From contig CAIRMY010000065.1 in NCBI GenBank assembly GCA_903879775.1, positions 1-49,558 of the forward strand: DNA of 49,558 bases, given 5' to 3'. The position numbers and the translations under genes were made by a program. This document shows, one piece after another, positions 36,586 through 45,737 of the stretch; positions within the stretch are counted from its first letter, which is position 1, and each line of letters opens with the position of its first letter. The notes under the pieces are model-generated. The model saw only the letters and a program-made list of their open reading frames with translations. It was not told where the DNA came from and did no database searches. Origin of the DNA: an uncultured Bacteroidota bacterium. GTDB taxonomy: Bacteria > Bacteroidota > Bacteroidia > NS11-12g > UBA955.

Positions 36586-38355
36586 TTAATATCCATAGTT
36601 TAAACCCAAACCTAGTTCAAAATAACCACCAGTTGCATTCATCTTGCCAACTGAATTAATCTGATTTCCGTGATATTTCCATCTGCTATCAGACATATCG
36701 TATTGATATCCAGCTTCTGCCCTTAAATAAATTGCACTGAGAGCTACCTTCATATTTAACCCCATTCCATATAAAAATCCATCATTTGTAACTTGATACA
36801 TTTCTGATGGGTTTGTTATAAATTGGTCAAACGGGGAACTCAAGGTTTTAGAGAGCGTAAAATTGTAATAAGAAAGATTATTTCCTAAATAAATTGTTAA
36901 AAAATTCGTTTCAAACAATTTATTTTCTATAGATATCCCAATTTGATTCGCCCACAAATTATCTATCGATTCATTTGAAAAGAGCTGATTGTAATTGATA
37001 CGATAGCGTGTATTATGCGACCTATAAGACCTTGATCCAAATATCGTTGGTCCATCTTGAATCACAAAACTGCAGCCAATTGTCGATATATGATTCATTT
37101 GATTTGCAGGATCGGCAACTTCTTTAAAAGACTTAATATCGTTATACCAACGAGAGTAAACAGATTCGAAACCAAAAGATCTAAATGCAAAAGGCTTAGA
37201 AACAAATGAGTTTTCTGATTCAGAATACCCCGCGTATTCAATGGCGGCCGCAGAATCATAGACGGCTTCAGTTGAATCAACATAAGCAATTTTAACAATG
37301 CCAACAGTATCTGTAAAAATATCATGGAACAGTATTCCATGAAGCTCAGCATTTGTCAAAATAGAATCTCTATTTTCATAAAAAAGAACCCTTTTTACTG
37401 CCACGTTGGGATATAAATCGGCAAGAATGGTTCTCAAAGAAACAACCGGAGCTTTTGAATCGAGTTCTTTGTAAAAATGTCCCTCATCAACAAATAAAAA
37501 ATAATTTTTATTTGTTGTGACAATGATTTTATCCAATTCAAGAAACAACTGATTTCGATTCTTAAATGGATCTTCACCATTGTCTACATATAAATATTTA
37601 TTGGCGAATGAAAAACCAAGCGCTTTAATTGATTGTACGTATTGAATCCAATTACCTCTTTCACTATGATCAATAAATGGTCGAATTGCGGTATCAATTT
37701 TATCGATGCTATGAATAAATTCAAATAAAGTATGGCTTACTTTAAATGAAGGACTATATGTTTCAGATAAAGATAAATCTTGATCGATGAGGGTTAAATA
37801 ATCATAAACAGCTTCATTTGCGTCAATATTTGTTTGAATATCAATATCTAAGCCTTTGATTTTCTCTGTGAAATAGTGAATCAAGAAAATGTTTGAATTC
37901 ATTTCATTTTGAAATTGGTCAACGGTAAAAAAGCTTTCAAATTTTATCAATTTCTTTTGATCTATTGTTAGCGCAGATTTCCAAGTACGTAAATCATCTA
38001 AATATAAATCGAGTTTTAATTTTTTCTCGGCATCAGCTTGATAAATATTTAAAGCAGGAATTCGCTTGAGATATGTTTCAAAAATCGAATCTTTTTCTTC
38101 TTCAGCATGGAACCAAGAATTTAAAAAAAACATTGACGCCCAAGAATATCCTTCCAGTAAAATTACATTGGTATCGGATTCACTTAGGAGCTGAGTTAAT
38201 TGTTTTAATTCTATAAGTGCACCTCCGTAAGTATTTTCAGTAAAATTGATGAGATTCAGTTTGGCGGGACTGTGTTTCTTGAATGAATCTACATTTTGAG
38301 AAAACGCAGAAACACCAATAAATATGATCGTTAACAAAAGAAATAATTTCTTCAT
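36586..38355 (-). CDS. Secreted paralogue of the downstream gene with degenerate ChaN/Tiki-like motifs and a C-terminal beta-barrel-like domain
   Basis: Signal peptide MKKLFLLLTIIFIGVSAFS-Q. LLEGYSW stands where the partner has GENH, NRNQLF where it has REEQMF, and FVDEGHF where it has GRCH. C-terminal strands are FLTIYLGNNLSYYNF, FLYGMGLNMKVAL, IYLRAEAGYQYDM and GGYFELGLGLNYGY, ending in an aromatic residue. Confidence 0.35.
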   Translation of the reverse strand: MKKLFLLLTIIFIGVSAFSQNVDSFKKHSPAKLNLINFTENTYGGALIELKQLTQLLSESDTNVILLEGYSWASMFFLNSWFHAEEEKDSIFETYLKRIPALNIYQADAEKKLKLDLYLDDLRTWKSALTIDQKKLIKFESFFTVDQFQNEMNSNIFLIHYFTEKIKGLDIDIQTNIDANEAVYDYLTLIDQDLSLSETYSPSFKVSHTLFEFIHSIDKIDTAIRPFIDHSERGNWIQYVQSIKALGFSFANKYLYVDNGEDPFKNRNQLFLELDKIIVTTNKNYFLFVDEGHFYKELDSKAPVVSLRTILADLYPNVAVKRVLFYENRDSILTNAELHGILFHDIFTDTVGIVKIAYVDSTEAVYDSAAAIEYAGYSESENSFVSKPFAFRSFGFESVYSRWYNDIKSFKEVADPANQMNHISTIGCSFVIQDGPTIFGSRSYRSHNTRYRINYNQLFSNESIDNLWANQIGISIENKLFETNFLTIYLGNNLSYYNFTLSKTLSSPFDQFITNPSEMYQVTNDGFLYGMGLNMKVALSAIYLRAEAGYQYDMSDSRWKYHGNQINSVGKMNATGGYFELGLGLNYGY

Positions 38356-38380
38356 TTACAGTTGATTACATTTGTTTTAT

Positions 38381-39268
38381 CTATGCTAAATTCAATACTT
38401 GCTCTTTAATTTGCTCAAGCTTTTCTTTCATTTGAACAACCGCTTGTTGCATTGGGAAATAATTACTTTTAACACCCATCGTATTCATTTCACGGCCCAT
38501 TTCTTGAGCAATAAAGTTCAATTTTCTACCTTTAGGCTCAGTTTTTAGGGTATTGATAAAGTAATTGACGTGTTGTGTGAGTCGTTGTTTTTCTTCGGCA
38601 ATGTCCCATTTATCTAAATAAATCAAAATTTCTTGTTCCATTCTATTTTGATCAATTAAATTTTCTTGGATATGTTCTCTCAAATTACCATAAATACGTT
38701 CTTTCAATGCTTCTTTTCGAGAGTCTTCTTCATTTTCAACAACAATTAAATCTTGAGAAATGCTTTGCACCAATTGCATCAAATTTTGCCCTGTAGCCAA
38801 ACCTTCCGTTTCTCGAAATTGAATTAAATTATTGGCCGCAATTTCTGTCAATTCAAAGACGTATTTTTTGATTTCATCAGAAATTTCTCTATCGGCAGTT
38901 CCGATCACTTCCGGAACCTTAATAATTTCTCGGAATGGATCTTTGAAATCGATATTTAAACTTTGGCTTAAAGTTTGTAAAGCCGTCAAATATTTTTTTG
39001 CAAGGACCTCATTGATTTGAATTTCTTGAGATGCATTTTGCTCATCAACAAGTTTGATGTTGTAAACACAGGTTATTGTTCCACGCTCTAATTTCTCCGA
39101 TAACATTCTGCGAATGCTCGCATCGATCTCGTATAAAAACTTCGGCAAGCGAATATCTGCTTCAAAATATCTACCGTTTAAGGCCTTAATCTCACACGTT
39201 GCTTTGATATGCTCATTCTCAATGACAGCTCTTCCAAAGCCAGTCATACTTTGTATTTTATTTGACAT
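38381..39268 (-). CDS. yicC: YicC-family stress-induced protein
   Basis: N-terminal SMTGFGRA and C-terminal FIAQEMGREMNTMGVKSN. 295 aa. Confidence 0.85.
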   Translation of the reverse strand: MSNKIQSMTGFGRAVIENEHIKATCEIKALNGRYFEADIRLPKFLYEIDASIRRMLSEKLERGTITCVYNIKLVDEQNASQEIQINEVLAKKYLTALQTLSQSLNIDFKDPFREIIKVPEVIGTADREISDEIKKYVFELTEIAANNLIQFRETEGLATGQNLMQLVQSISQDLIVVENEEDSRKEALKERIYGNLREHIQENLIDQNRMEQEILIYLDKWDIAEEKQRLTQHVNYFINTLKTEPKGRKLNFIAQEMGREMNTMGVKSNYFPMQQAVVQMKEKLEQIKEQVLNLA

Positions 39269-39335
39269 GTTTATACAAGCGAAAATAGATAAATTAATAT
39301 GAAAATGAACATTTAAACGTTTCGATATAATAAAC

Positions 39336-39343
39336 TACATTTG
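39336..39343 (+). promoter_or_regulatory. Bacteroidota -7 box upstream of the glutaminyl cyclase gene
   Basis: TACATTTG, 15 nt from ATG 39359. Confidence 0.5.
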
Positions 39344-39358
39344 TAATACAAATATTGT

Positions 39359-40351
39359 ATGCGCTTAAAAACTATTTTTATTGTTTCTGCCGTTTATTCA
39401 ATCACATGCTTCACAAGCAGTTGCGGAACCAAATCCACTGAATCAGACAATGACGATGAAATTGTAAAATTGATTGAAAAACCCGTTTCTAATTTCTCAC
39501 AAGATTCAGCTTACGCTTTTATCGAAAAACAACTCAGTTTTGGTTTCCGTGTTTCAGGAACACCTGAGCACCTGAAATGTGCAAATTGGTTGTATCAGAA
39601 ACTAAATAGTTATACCGATACCTCTTACTTCCAAAAAGGAAGCGCCACCACTTACAACAAAAAGCAAATTCCTGTTTACAATATCATTGGAAGCTTTAAT
39701 CCCTCCGCTAAGAAACGAATTTTATTGGCATCTCACTGGGATTCTCGACCATGGGCCGATGCTGATGACGTGAACACCGACAAACCTATTTTAGCAGCAA
39801 ATGATGGTGCAAGTGGAGTCGCAGTTTTACTCGAACTTGCAAGAAACCTCAGCAAGAACAAACCCAATGTTGGAATCGATATTATTTTCTTCGATGCAGA
39901 AGATTATGGCAAAAGCGAATTTGAAAATTCATTTTGCCTAGGTAGTCAATATTGGGCTAAAAACTTACATACCCCAAATTATACAGCACATTTCGGAATT
40001 TTGTTAGACATGGTAGGCGGCAAAAATGCTCAATTTATGTGGGAAGCTGGAAGTAATTCATGGGCAAATTTCGCACTTGTACATACGTGGGCTGTGGCTG
40101 CTGAATTAGGACATGGATCATATTTCGTAAGTACTCAAATTGGTGAAATTATTGACGATCATAAGTACGTTTATGAAAAAACAAAAATTCCGATGATCGA
40201 CATTATCCAATATGATCCTCAAAACGGATTTGCCCCTTATTGGCATACCCATGATGATAATTTGGGAAGCATCGATAAAAATACGCTGTTTGCCGTTGGA
40301 CATACCCTTGAAAACGTTATTTTCACACCTCCACCTAGCTTGGAATACTAA
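39359..40351 (+). CDS. M28-fold glutaminyl-peptide cyclotransferase (glutaminyl cyclase), probable lipoprotein
   Basis: Possible lipobox CFTSSC-G. Motifs ASHWDSRPWAD, ANDGASGVAVLLE, FFDAEDYG and WHTHDD. Confidence 0.75.
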   Translation: MRLKTIFIVSAVYSITCFTSSCGTKSTESDNDDEIVKLIEKPVSNFSQDSAYAFIEKQLSFGFRVSGTPEHLKCANWLYQKLNSYTDTSYFQKGSATTYNKKQIPVYNIIGSFNPSAKKRILLASHWDSRPWADADDVNTDKPILAANDGASGVAVLLELARNLSKNKPNVGIDIIFFDAEDYGKSEFENSFCLGSQYWAKNLHTPNYTAHFGILLDMVGGKNAQFMWEAGSNSWANFALVHTWAVAAELGHGSYFVSTQIGEIIDDHKYVYEKTKIPMIDIIQYDPQNGFAPYWHTHDDNLGSIDKNTLFAVGHTLENVIFTPPPSLEY

Positions 40352-41073
40352 TGAAAGTTGATATCCTAGCCATAGCAGCACACCCAGACGACGTTGAATT
40401 GGCGTGTTCTGGAACCGTTATCAAACACATCGAAATGGGTTATACGGTTGGCATTGTAGATCTCACCCAAGGCGAACTTGGCTCTAGAGGTTCAGCTGAA
40501 ATCAGAAGTCAAGAATCTGCGGAAAGCGCAAAAATTCTTGGAATTAATTTTCGCAAAAACCTCAAATTGGCAGATGGTTTCTTTGAACAAAATGAAGCTT
40601 CACTCATGGCATTGATCACCGAAATTAGAGAAGCTCAACCCAAAATTGTTTTTGCAAATGCCCCGAAAGACCGTCACCCCGACCACGGCAGAGCGTCGGC
40701 CTTAATTTCCAGAGCTTGTTTTTTGGCAGGTTTGCCTAAAATTGAAACTAGCCTGAATAATGTCCCTCAAAAAGCACATAGACCCAAATCAATTTATTTC
40801 TATATCCAAGATTACAATATTGGACCCGATTTTATCGTTGATATAACAAAACAATACAATCAAAAATTGGAAAGTATTTTGGCCTTCAAAAGTCAATTTT
40901 ATAACCCAGTATCAAATAGCAATGAACCATCGACTCCAATAAGTTCAAAAGAATTTATGGATTTCTTGGAGGGACGTGCGTTGGAATATGGACGATTAAT
41001 TGGGGTGAAATACGGCGAAGGGTTTAAAATAGAACGACCAATTGGCATCGAAAATTTAATGGAAACACTTTGA
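40351..41073 (+). CDS. bshB1: Bacillithiol biosynthesis deacetylase BshB1 (LmbE/PIG-L family)
   Basis: AAHPDDVELACSGT and DRHPDHGRA. The ATG overlaps the upstream TAA stop by 1 nt. Confidence 0.8.
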   Translation: MKVDILAIAAHPDDVELACSGTVIKHIEMGYTVGIVDLTQGELGSRGSAEIRSQESAESAKILGINFRKNLKLADGFFEQNEASLMALITEIREAQPKIVFANAPKDRHPDHGRASALISRACFLAGLPKIETSLNNVPQKAHRPKSIYFYIQDYNIGPDFIVDITKQYNQKLESILAFKSQFYNPVSNSNEPSTPISSKEFMDFLEGRALEYGRLIGVKYGEGFKIERPIGIENLMETL

Positions 41074-42428
41074 GAATATTAGGCTTCATATTGATCTTTC
41101 TTTCTTCCTATTTAGGCAATCAGGTGAATGCGCAGGCCAATATTGACCGCCTAATGAAAATCAATCCAACTCAAATTGGAACTCATCCGTTTGCAAAAGA
41201 CAGTGATATCTTGTACATGCCAATGGATTTTTCATCATCTGAGTTTGTTAAAAATTATACAAATTACAAATTCCCTAAAGACCGATTTGTAATCACCATT
41301 CATTTGGTTTACACCAAGTACAGGGAAGTCGATACATTTAACCAACCACTTTTGAATCGAAACCGATTCGAAAATTTAAAAACCGTTTGGCCCGAACTCT
41401 TTTCTACGAAAGGAATTCAATTTAAAGTTTTTGAGCAAAACAGTGCAAAAACAGAAGATGCCGCAAAAAAATTATACCATGGATTTATCATTTTCTTCAA
41501 GGCCAAAGTCACTCAAAAGGTAAAAGAGGAAAAAGGCATTATTGGTTATACAATCAGCACTTACAGAGATTCTATGGTATGGACAGCCGAGAAAATTATT
41601 TACAAAAAGAGAAAACGATACGTTGAAACAGGCTATTATTTGGCCAATGATCCTGAAAAAAGAAAAGAAGGTTTTAAATACAAAACGCCTTCTATTTGGT
41701 TTAGGGAAAAAGAAACTAAATTAGTTATAGATAGTGTTATTGCCCGAAAAATTAAGTCGAAAAAGGTGAAGGTAGGTAGATTCGACAAACGATTCTTACA
41801 AAATACCAATGAATATGATGCGTTGGTGAACAAAACTTGGAAAGGAAAATGGGGCATTGTAACCGATGTTACTGGGAGTATGGGCCCTTATTCTGCTCAA
41901 GTTTTACTTTTTTTAAAATACAATTCCGAAGTACTTAAAAACAGTAGATTTACCTTTTTTAATGATGGGAATGGCGCTCCAGAATTGATCAAACGCATTG
42001 GATCATCGGGGGGTGTTTACAACGTAAATAGTAACAATTTTGATACCATTTACCAAACTATTTTAACCGCCATGGAAAATGGAAATGGTGGCGATATCCC
42101 TGAAAACAATATTGAAGCCATCATTAGTTGCGCTAAAAAATGGACCGATATAGATACGATTCTCATGATTGCCGATGCCGGCGCTCCTATCAAAGATATT
42201 GTGCTGCTGAAGCAATTGAAAAAACCAGTTTCGATTGTTTTGTGTGGGAATGTTGATGGAAATATCCCTTTCGACTATTTTATGCTTGCAAGAGAAACAG
42301 GTGGAACCATCATTCAAACCAACGATGAAATTAGAAACCTTAGAAAATTTAAAAAAGGTGATGTTGTAGAAGTTGGCGAAAGAACCTACCGATTATCGGA
42401 GTTTGGTTTGCTAAGAACCGACGAATAA
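41070..42428 (+). CDS. Secreted protein with a C-terminal von Willebrand factor A-like domain
   Basis: TTG start overlapping the bshB1 stop (TTGA). Signal peptide MRILGFILIFLSSYLGNQVNA-Q. MIDAS-like DVTGSMG, followed by FFNDGNG and MIADAGAP segments. The N-terminal half is not recognisable. Confidence 0.45.
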   Translation: MRILGFILIFLSSYLGNQVNAQANIDRLMKINPTQIGTHPFAKDSDILYMPMDFSSSEFVKNYTNYKFPKDRFVITIHLVYTKYREVDTFNQPLLNRNRFENLKTVWPELFSTKGIQFKVFEQNSAKTEDAAKKLYHGFIIFFKAKVTQKVKEEKGIIGYTISTYRDSMVWTAEKIIYKKRKRYVETGYYLANDPEKRKEGFKYKTPSIWFREKETKLVIDSVIARKIKSKKVKVGRFDKRFLQNTNEYDALVNKTWKGKWGIVTDVTGSMGPYSAQVLLFLKYNSEVLKNSRFTFFNDGNGAPELIKRIGSSGGVYNVNSNNFDTIYQTILTAMENGNGGDIPENNIEAIISCAKKWTDIDTILMIADAGAPIKDIVLLKQLKKPVSIVLCGNVDGNIPFDYFMLARETGGTIIQTNDEIRNLRKFKKGDVVEVGERTYRLSEFGLLRTDE

Positions 42429-42495
42429 TCGTTTTTCGTGATACATTTTTCGCAATTAACTAACTTTGTTCAATCATGTTTATGCTGAGTATCTT

Positions 42496-42503
42496 TATCT
42501 TTG
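42496..42503 (+). promoter_or_regulatory. Bacteroidota -7 box upstream of the ferredoxin-NADP reductase gene
   Basis: TATCTTTG, 7 nt from ATG 42511. It is immediately preceded by a near-copy, TATCTTTA. Confidence 0.55.
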
Positions 42504-42510
42504 TTGCAAG

Positions 42511-43518
42511 ATGATTAGAACCGATATTATCATCATTGGCGCAGGCCCTGTTGGTTTATTTACCGTTTTTGAAGCTGGTTTACTAAAACTTCGTTGTCAT
42601 TTAATTGATGTTTTACCTCAAGTTGGTGGGCAATTGACCGAAATTTATCCAAAAAAACCAATTTACGACATACCTGGTTTTCCAAGTATTTTAGCAGGGG
42701 ATCTCATCGATAATTTAATGGAGCAAATTGCACCTTTTAAGCCTGGGTTTACCCTTGGTGAAAAGGCTATTTCAATTGAAGAGACTTCCGATAACCAATT
42801 CATTGTAACCACAAATCAAGGAACTCAGCACATAGCACCAAATATCGCAATTGCGGGAGGACTTGGGTGTTTTGAGCCGAGAAAGCCGCCAATTGCCAAC
42901 ATTGCCGATTTTGAAGGAAAAGGGGTTGATTATATGATTAAGGATCCAGAAAAGTATCGCAATAAAAAAGTTGTCATTGCCGGTGGTGGTGATAGCGCTT
43001 TAGATTGGGCTTTATTTTTGAAGGACGTTGCCTCTGAAGTAATCTTAGTCCATAGAAGCACTGAATTCCGTGGCCACTTAGATAGCGTTCAAAAAGTGAT
43101 GGATTTAAGTGAATCGGGACATATGAAATTGATGTTGAATTCAGAGATTACCCATTTAGATGGAAACGGAAACTTAAATAAAGTGGGTGCCACCATCAAA
43201 GGTGAAACAGAGTTGCAATGGGTTGATGCTGACTGCTTTTTACCCTTATTTGGATTGTCGCCAAAATTAGGCCCAGTTGCCAATTGGGGACTTAACATCA
43301 ATAAAATTGCAATTGAGGTTAACACTTTAGATTACAGCACTAACGTACCTGGAATTTATGCCATTGGCGACATCAATACTTATGAAGGGAAATTAAAACT
43401 TATTTTATGCGGATTCCACGAAGCCACCATTATGGTACAAAGTGCTTTCAAGCGAATTTATCCGAATAAGAACTTAGTCTTAAAGTACACCACAGTAAAC
43501 GGAATACAAGGCTTTTAG
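42511..43518 (+). CDS. Ferredoxin-NADP+ reductase, thioredoxin-reductase-like type (YumC-like)
   Basis: IIIIGAGPVGLF (FAD), GGQLTEIYPKKPIYDIPGFP, and VVIAGGGDSALDWA (NADPH). I chose ATG 42511 because a TATCTTTG box sits 7 nt upstream. The track TTG 42466 adds 15 unconserved residues. Confidence 0.85.
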   Translation: MIRTDIIIIGAGPVGLFTVFEAGLLKLRCHLIDVLPQVGGQLTEIYPKKPIYDIPGFPSILAGDLIDNLMEQIAPFKPGFTLGEKAISIEETSDNQFIVTTNQGTQHIAPNIAIAGGLGCFEPRKPPIANIADFEGKGVDYMIKDPEKYRNKKVVIAGGGDSALDWALFLKDVASEVILVHRSTEFRGHLDSVQKVMDLSESGHMKLMLNSEITHLDGNGNLNKVGATIKGETELQWVDADCFLPLFGLSPKLGPVANWGLNINKIAIEVNTLDYSTNVPGIYAIGDINTYEGKLKLILCGFHEATIMVQSAFKRIYPNKNLVLKYTTVNGIQGF

Positions 43519-43540
43519 TATTTTTTACATATTATTGAGT

Positions 43541-44200
43541 ATGTTTTCATTTTTTGTATTTAGGAAGTTTTTAAAATATGCGTTTATCGCATGGCTCATC
43601 TCCATTGTTCCCGTTTTACTCTATATTTTTATAAACCCACCTTTTACACTGATTCAAAACTCTCAAAGTGAGCTCAGGGGTGAAAAAGGCCGTTGGATGC
43701 CAATAGAAGAAATTCCCAAACACTTTCAACTTGCAGCATTGGCTGGTGAAGATCAGATTTTTTTCGATCATTGGGGATTCGATTTTGGTGCCATTGAAAA
43801 GGCCATTGAACACAATGCAAAAAGCAAAAAAACAAGAGGCGCAAGCACAATCTCACAACAAACTGCAAAAAATGTTTTCTGCTGGGAAGGTCGAAGTTGG
43901 ATTCGTAAAGGCATAGAAACTTATTATACCTGCATGATAGAGATTTTTTGGAGCAAAAAAAGAATTCTAGAAGTCTATTTAAATGTAATTGAAATGGGTC
44001 GTGGTGCATTTGGCGTAGATGAAGCCGCACAGTATTATTTTAAAATCCCCGCTGAAAAACTATCTCGTTCACAAAGCATTAAAATCATTTCCATGTTACC
44101 TTGCCCTCGAACATGCGGTTTAAATAGTCCTTTGGCTAGAAATCGTCAATATCTAATTAACTACGCTATGCTGCGTTATGGTCTAAAGTTAAAATATTAA
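43541..44200 (+). CDS. mtgA: Monofunctional peptidoglycan transglycosylase
   Basis: EDQIFFDHWGFD and GASTISQQTAKN with an N-terminal membrane anchor. The track start is TTG 43535; ATG 43541 lies two codons in. Confidence 0.9.
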   Translation: MFSFFVFRKFLKYAFIAWLISIVPVLLYIFINPPFTLIQNSQSELRGEKGRWMPIEEIPKHFQLAALAGEDQIFFDHWGFDFGAIEKAIEHNAKSKKTRGASTISQQTAKNVFCWEGRSWIRKGIETYYTCMIEIFWSKKRILEVYLNVIEMGRGAFGVDEAAQYYFKIPAEKLSRSQSIKIISMLPCPRTCGLNSPLARNRQYLINYAMLRYGLKLKY

Positions 44201-44258
44201 GGCTCGCACAACTTCAAATTGAAAATCAGGAGTACATCCTTCATTTAAAAAAAAATCC

Positions 44259-44266
44259 TACCTTTG
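44259..44266 (+). promoter_or_regulatory. Bacteroidota -7 box upstream of efp
   Basis: TACCTTTG, 7 nt from ATG 44274. Confidence 0.55.
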
Positions 44267-44273
44267 CAATCGT

Positions 44274-44837
44274 ATGGCAACTACTCAAGACGTTTCAAAC
44301 GGTAATTTTATTCGTTATAATGGCGAATTATGCCACATCATTGAATGGCAACACAGAACTCCAGGTAATTTACGTGCCTTTTATCAAGCAAAAATGCGCC
44401 GAGTAAAAGACGGCAAATTGGCCGAAAATCGCTTTCGTAGTGGTGAAACAGTTGAAATTGTGCGTGTAGAAACAAGAGAACTCCAATATCTTTACGAAGA
44501 AGGTGATGCTTATGTTTGCATGGACAACGATACTTACGATCAAATTCCTGTTCAAAAGCATTTATTTAGTGATGGTGCTAAATTCATGAAAGAAGGTGAC
44601 ACCGTAATCATTGCGTTTGAAGGTGGTGAAATTCCTATTTCTGCTGAACCGCCGCATACTGCCGTTGTTGAAATTACTTATACTGAGCCAGGTTTGAAAG
44701 GCGATACTGCCACAAACACGCTTAAACCAGCAACCGTTGAAACCGGTGCAACTGTTTTCATTCCTTTGTTTATTGATATTGGAACAAAAATTAAAGTTGA
44801 TACCCGTACTGGTGAATATATGGAGCGTGTAAAGTAA
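44274..44837 (+). CDS. efp: Translation elongation factor P
   Basis: 187 aa. GNFIRYNGELCHIIEWQH...PATVETGATVFIPLFI pattern. Confidence 0.96.
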   Translation: MATTQDVSNGNFIRYNGELCHIIEWQHRTPGNLRAFYQAKMRRVKDGKLAENRFRSGETVEIVRVETRELQYLYEEGDAYVCMDNDTYDQIPVQKHLFSDGAKFMKEGDTVIIAFEGGEIPISAEPPHTAVVEITYTEPGLKGDTATNTLKPATVETGATVFIPLFIDIGTKIKVDTRTGEYMERVK

Positions 44838-44843
44838 TTCAAA

Positions 44844-45737
44844 ATGAAAGTTTTACCTGCTGAAGAAGGCTTTTTAGCCCTACCCGATGCTGAATTAACA
44901 ACCCTTGAAAATGCAAAGGTTGTCATTCAACAAATCCCATACGAATACACAAGTAGTTATATTGCTGGCTCCGACAAAGGACCTAAAGCCATGGTTGATG
45001 CCTCTCATTTCGTAGAATTCTACGATGAAGAAATTGACCAAGAAACCTATAAAAATATTGGGATTGCAACATTAGATTCTTTAGATTTTGAAGGAAAAGT
45101 GGATGAAGATGCAATGGTTCTCATTGCCAATCAAACACGTGAACTTCTAAACAAAGACAAATTTGTAGTTTCTTTGGGCGCTGAACACACCGTAACTAAC
45201 GGTTTTATTCGTGCTTACAAAGAAAAATATCCCTCAATATCTGTGTTGCAAATTGATGCACACTCAGATTTACGTCAGGAATACAACGGGAATCCCTACT
45301 CACACGCGAGCGTGATGGCTAGAATTAACGATATGGGCGTAAATTTGGTTCAAGTAGGCATCCGCGCGCAGTGCATTGAAGAATCACAACTCATTAAATC
45401 TTCACCAATTATCAATACCTGGTATGCCCATATGCTCGATAAAGACGACCAATGGATTGATGCATGTATCGATAAATTAGGCGATGTGGTTTATGTTTCT
45501 ATTGATGCTGATGGCTTCGACCCATCGATTGTTCCAGCGGTTGGAACTGCCGAACCAGGCGGATTGTCTTGGCAACAAGGCACAAAACTATTAAAAAGAC
45601 TTTGCGAAAGAAAAAAAGTGGTTGGATTCGATATCGTTGAAATTGCACCGCGTGAAGTTGACATTATCACAGAATTCACAATGGCTAAACTTTGTTATAA
45701 GTTTATGGGCTATTTAAATATTAATAAACATATTTAA
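44844..45737 (+). CDS. speB: Agmatinase / arginase-family ureohydrolase
   Basis: Mn-binding motifs QIDAHSDLR, SIDADGFDPS and DIVEIAP. Confidence 0.8.
   Translation: MKVLPAEEGFLALPDAELTTLENAKVVIQQIPYEYTSSYIAGSDKGPKAMVDASHFVEFYDEEIDQETYKNIGIATLDSLDFEGKVDEDAMVLIANQTRELLNKDKFVVSLGAEHTVTNGFIRAYKEKYPSISVLQIDAHSDLRQEYNGNPYSHASVMARINDMGVNLVQVGIRAQCIEESQLIKSSPIINTWYAHMLDKDDQWIDACIDKLGDVVYVSIDADGFDPSIVPAVGTAEPGGLSWQQGTKLLKRLCERKKVVGFDIVEIAPREVDIITEFTMAKLCYKFMGYLNINKHI

Noticed and set aside
38367-38374. TACATTTG -7-like box on the plus strand in the yicC / paralogue gap.
   Set aside because: It points into the antisense of yicC with no gene to serve, so it is most likely a chance match. It is a reminder that the other -7 box calls rest on position as well as sequence.
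42466-42510. TTG-initiated 15-codon N-terminal extension of the ferredoxin-NADP reductase, and a second TAnnTTTG (TAACTTTG, 42461-42468).
   Set aside because: The FAD-binding fold starts right after ATG 42511, which has a TATCTTTG box 7 nt upstream. The extension (MFNHVYAEYLYLCCK) looks non-conserved.
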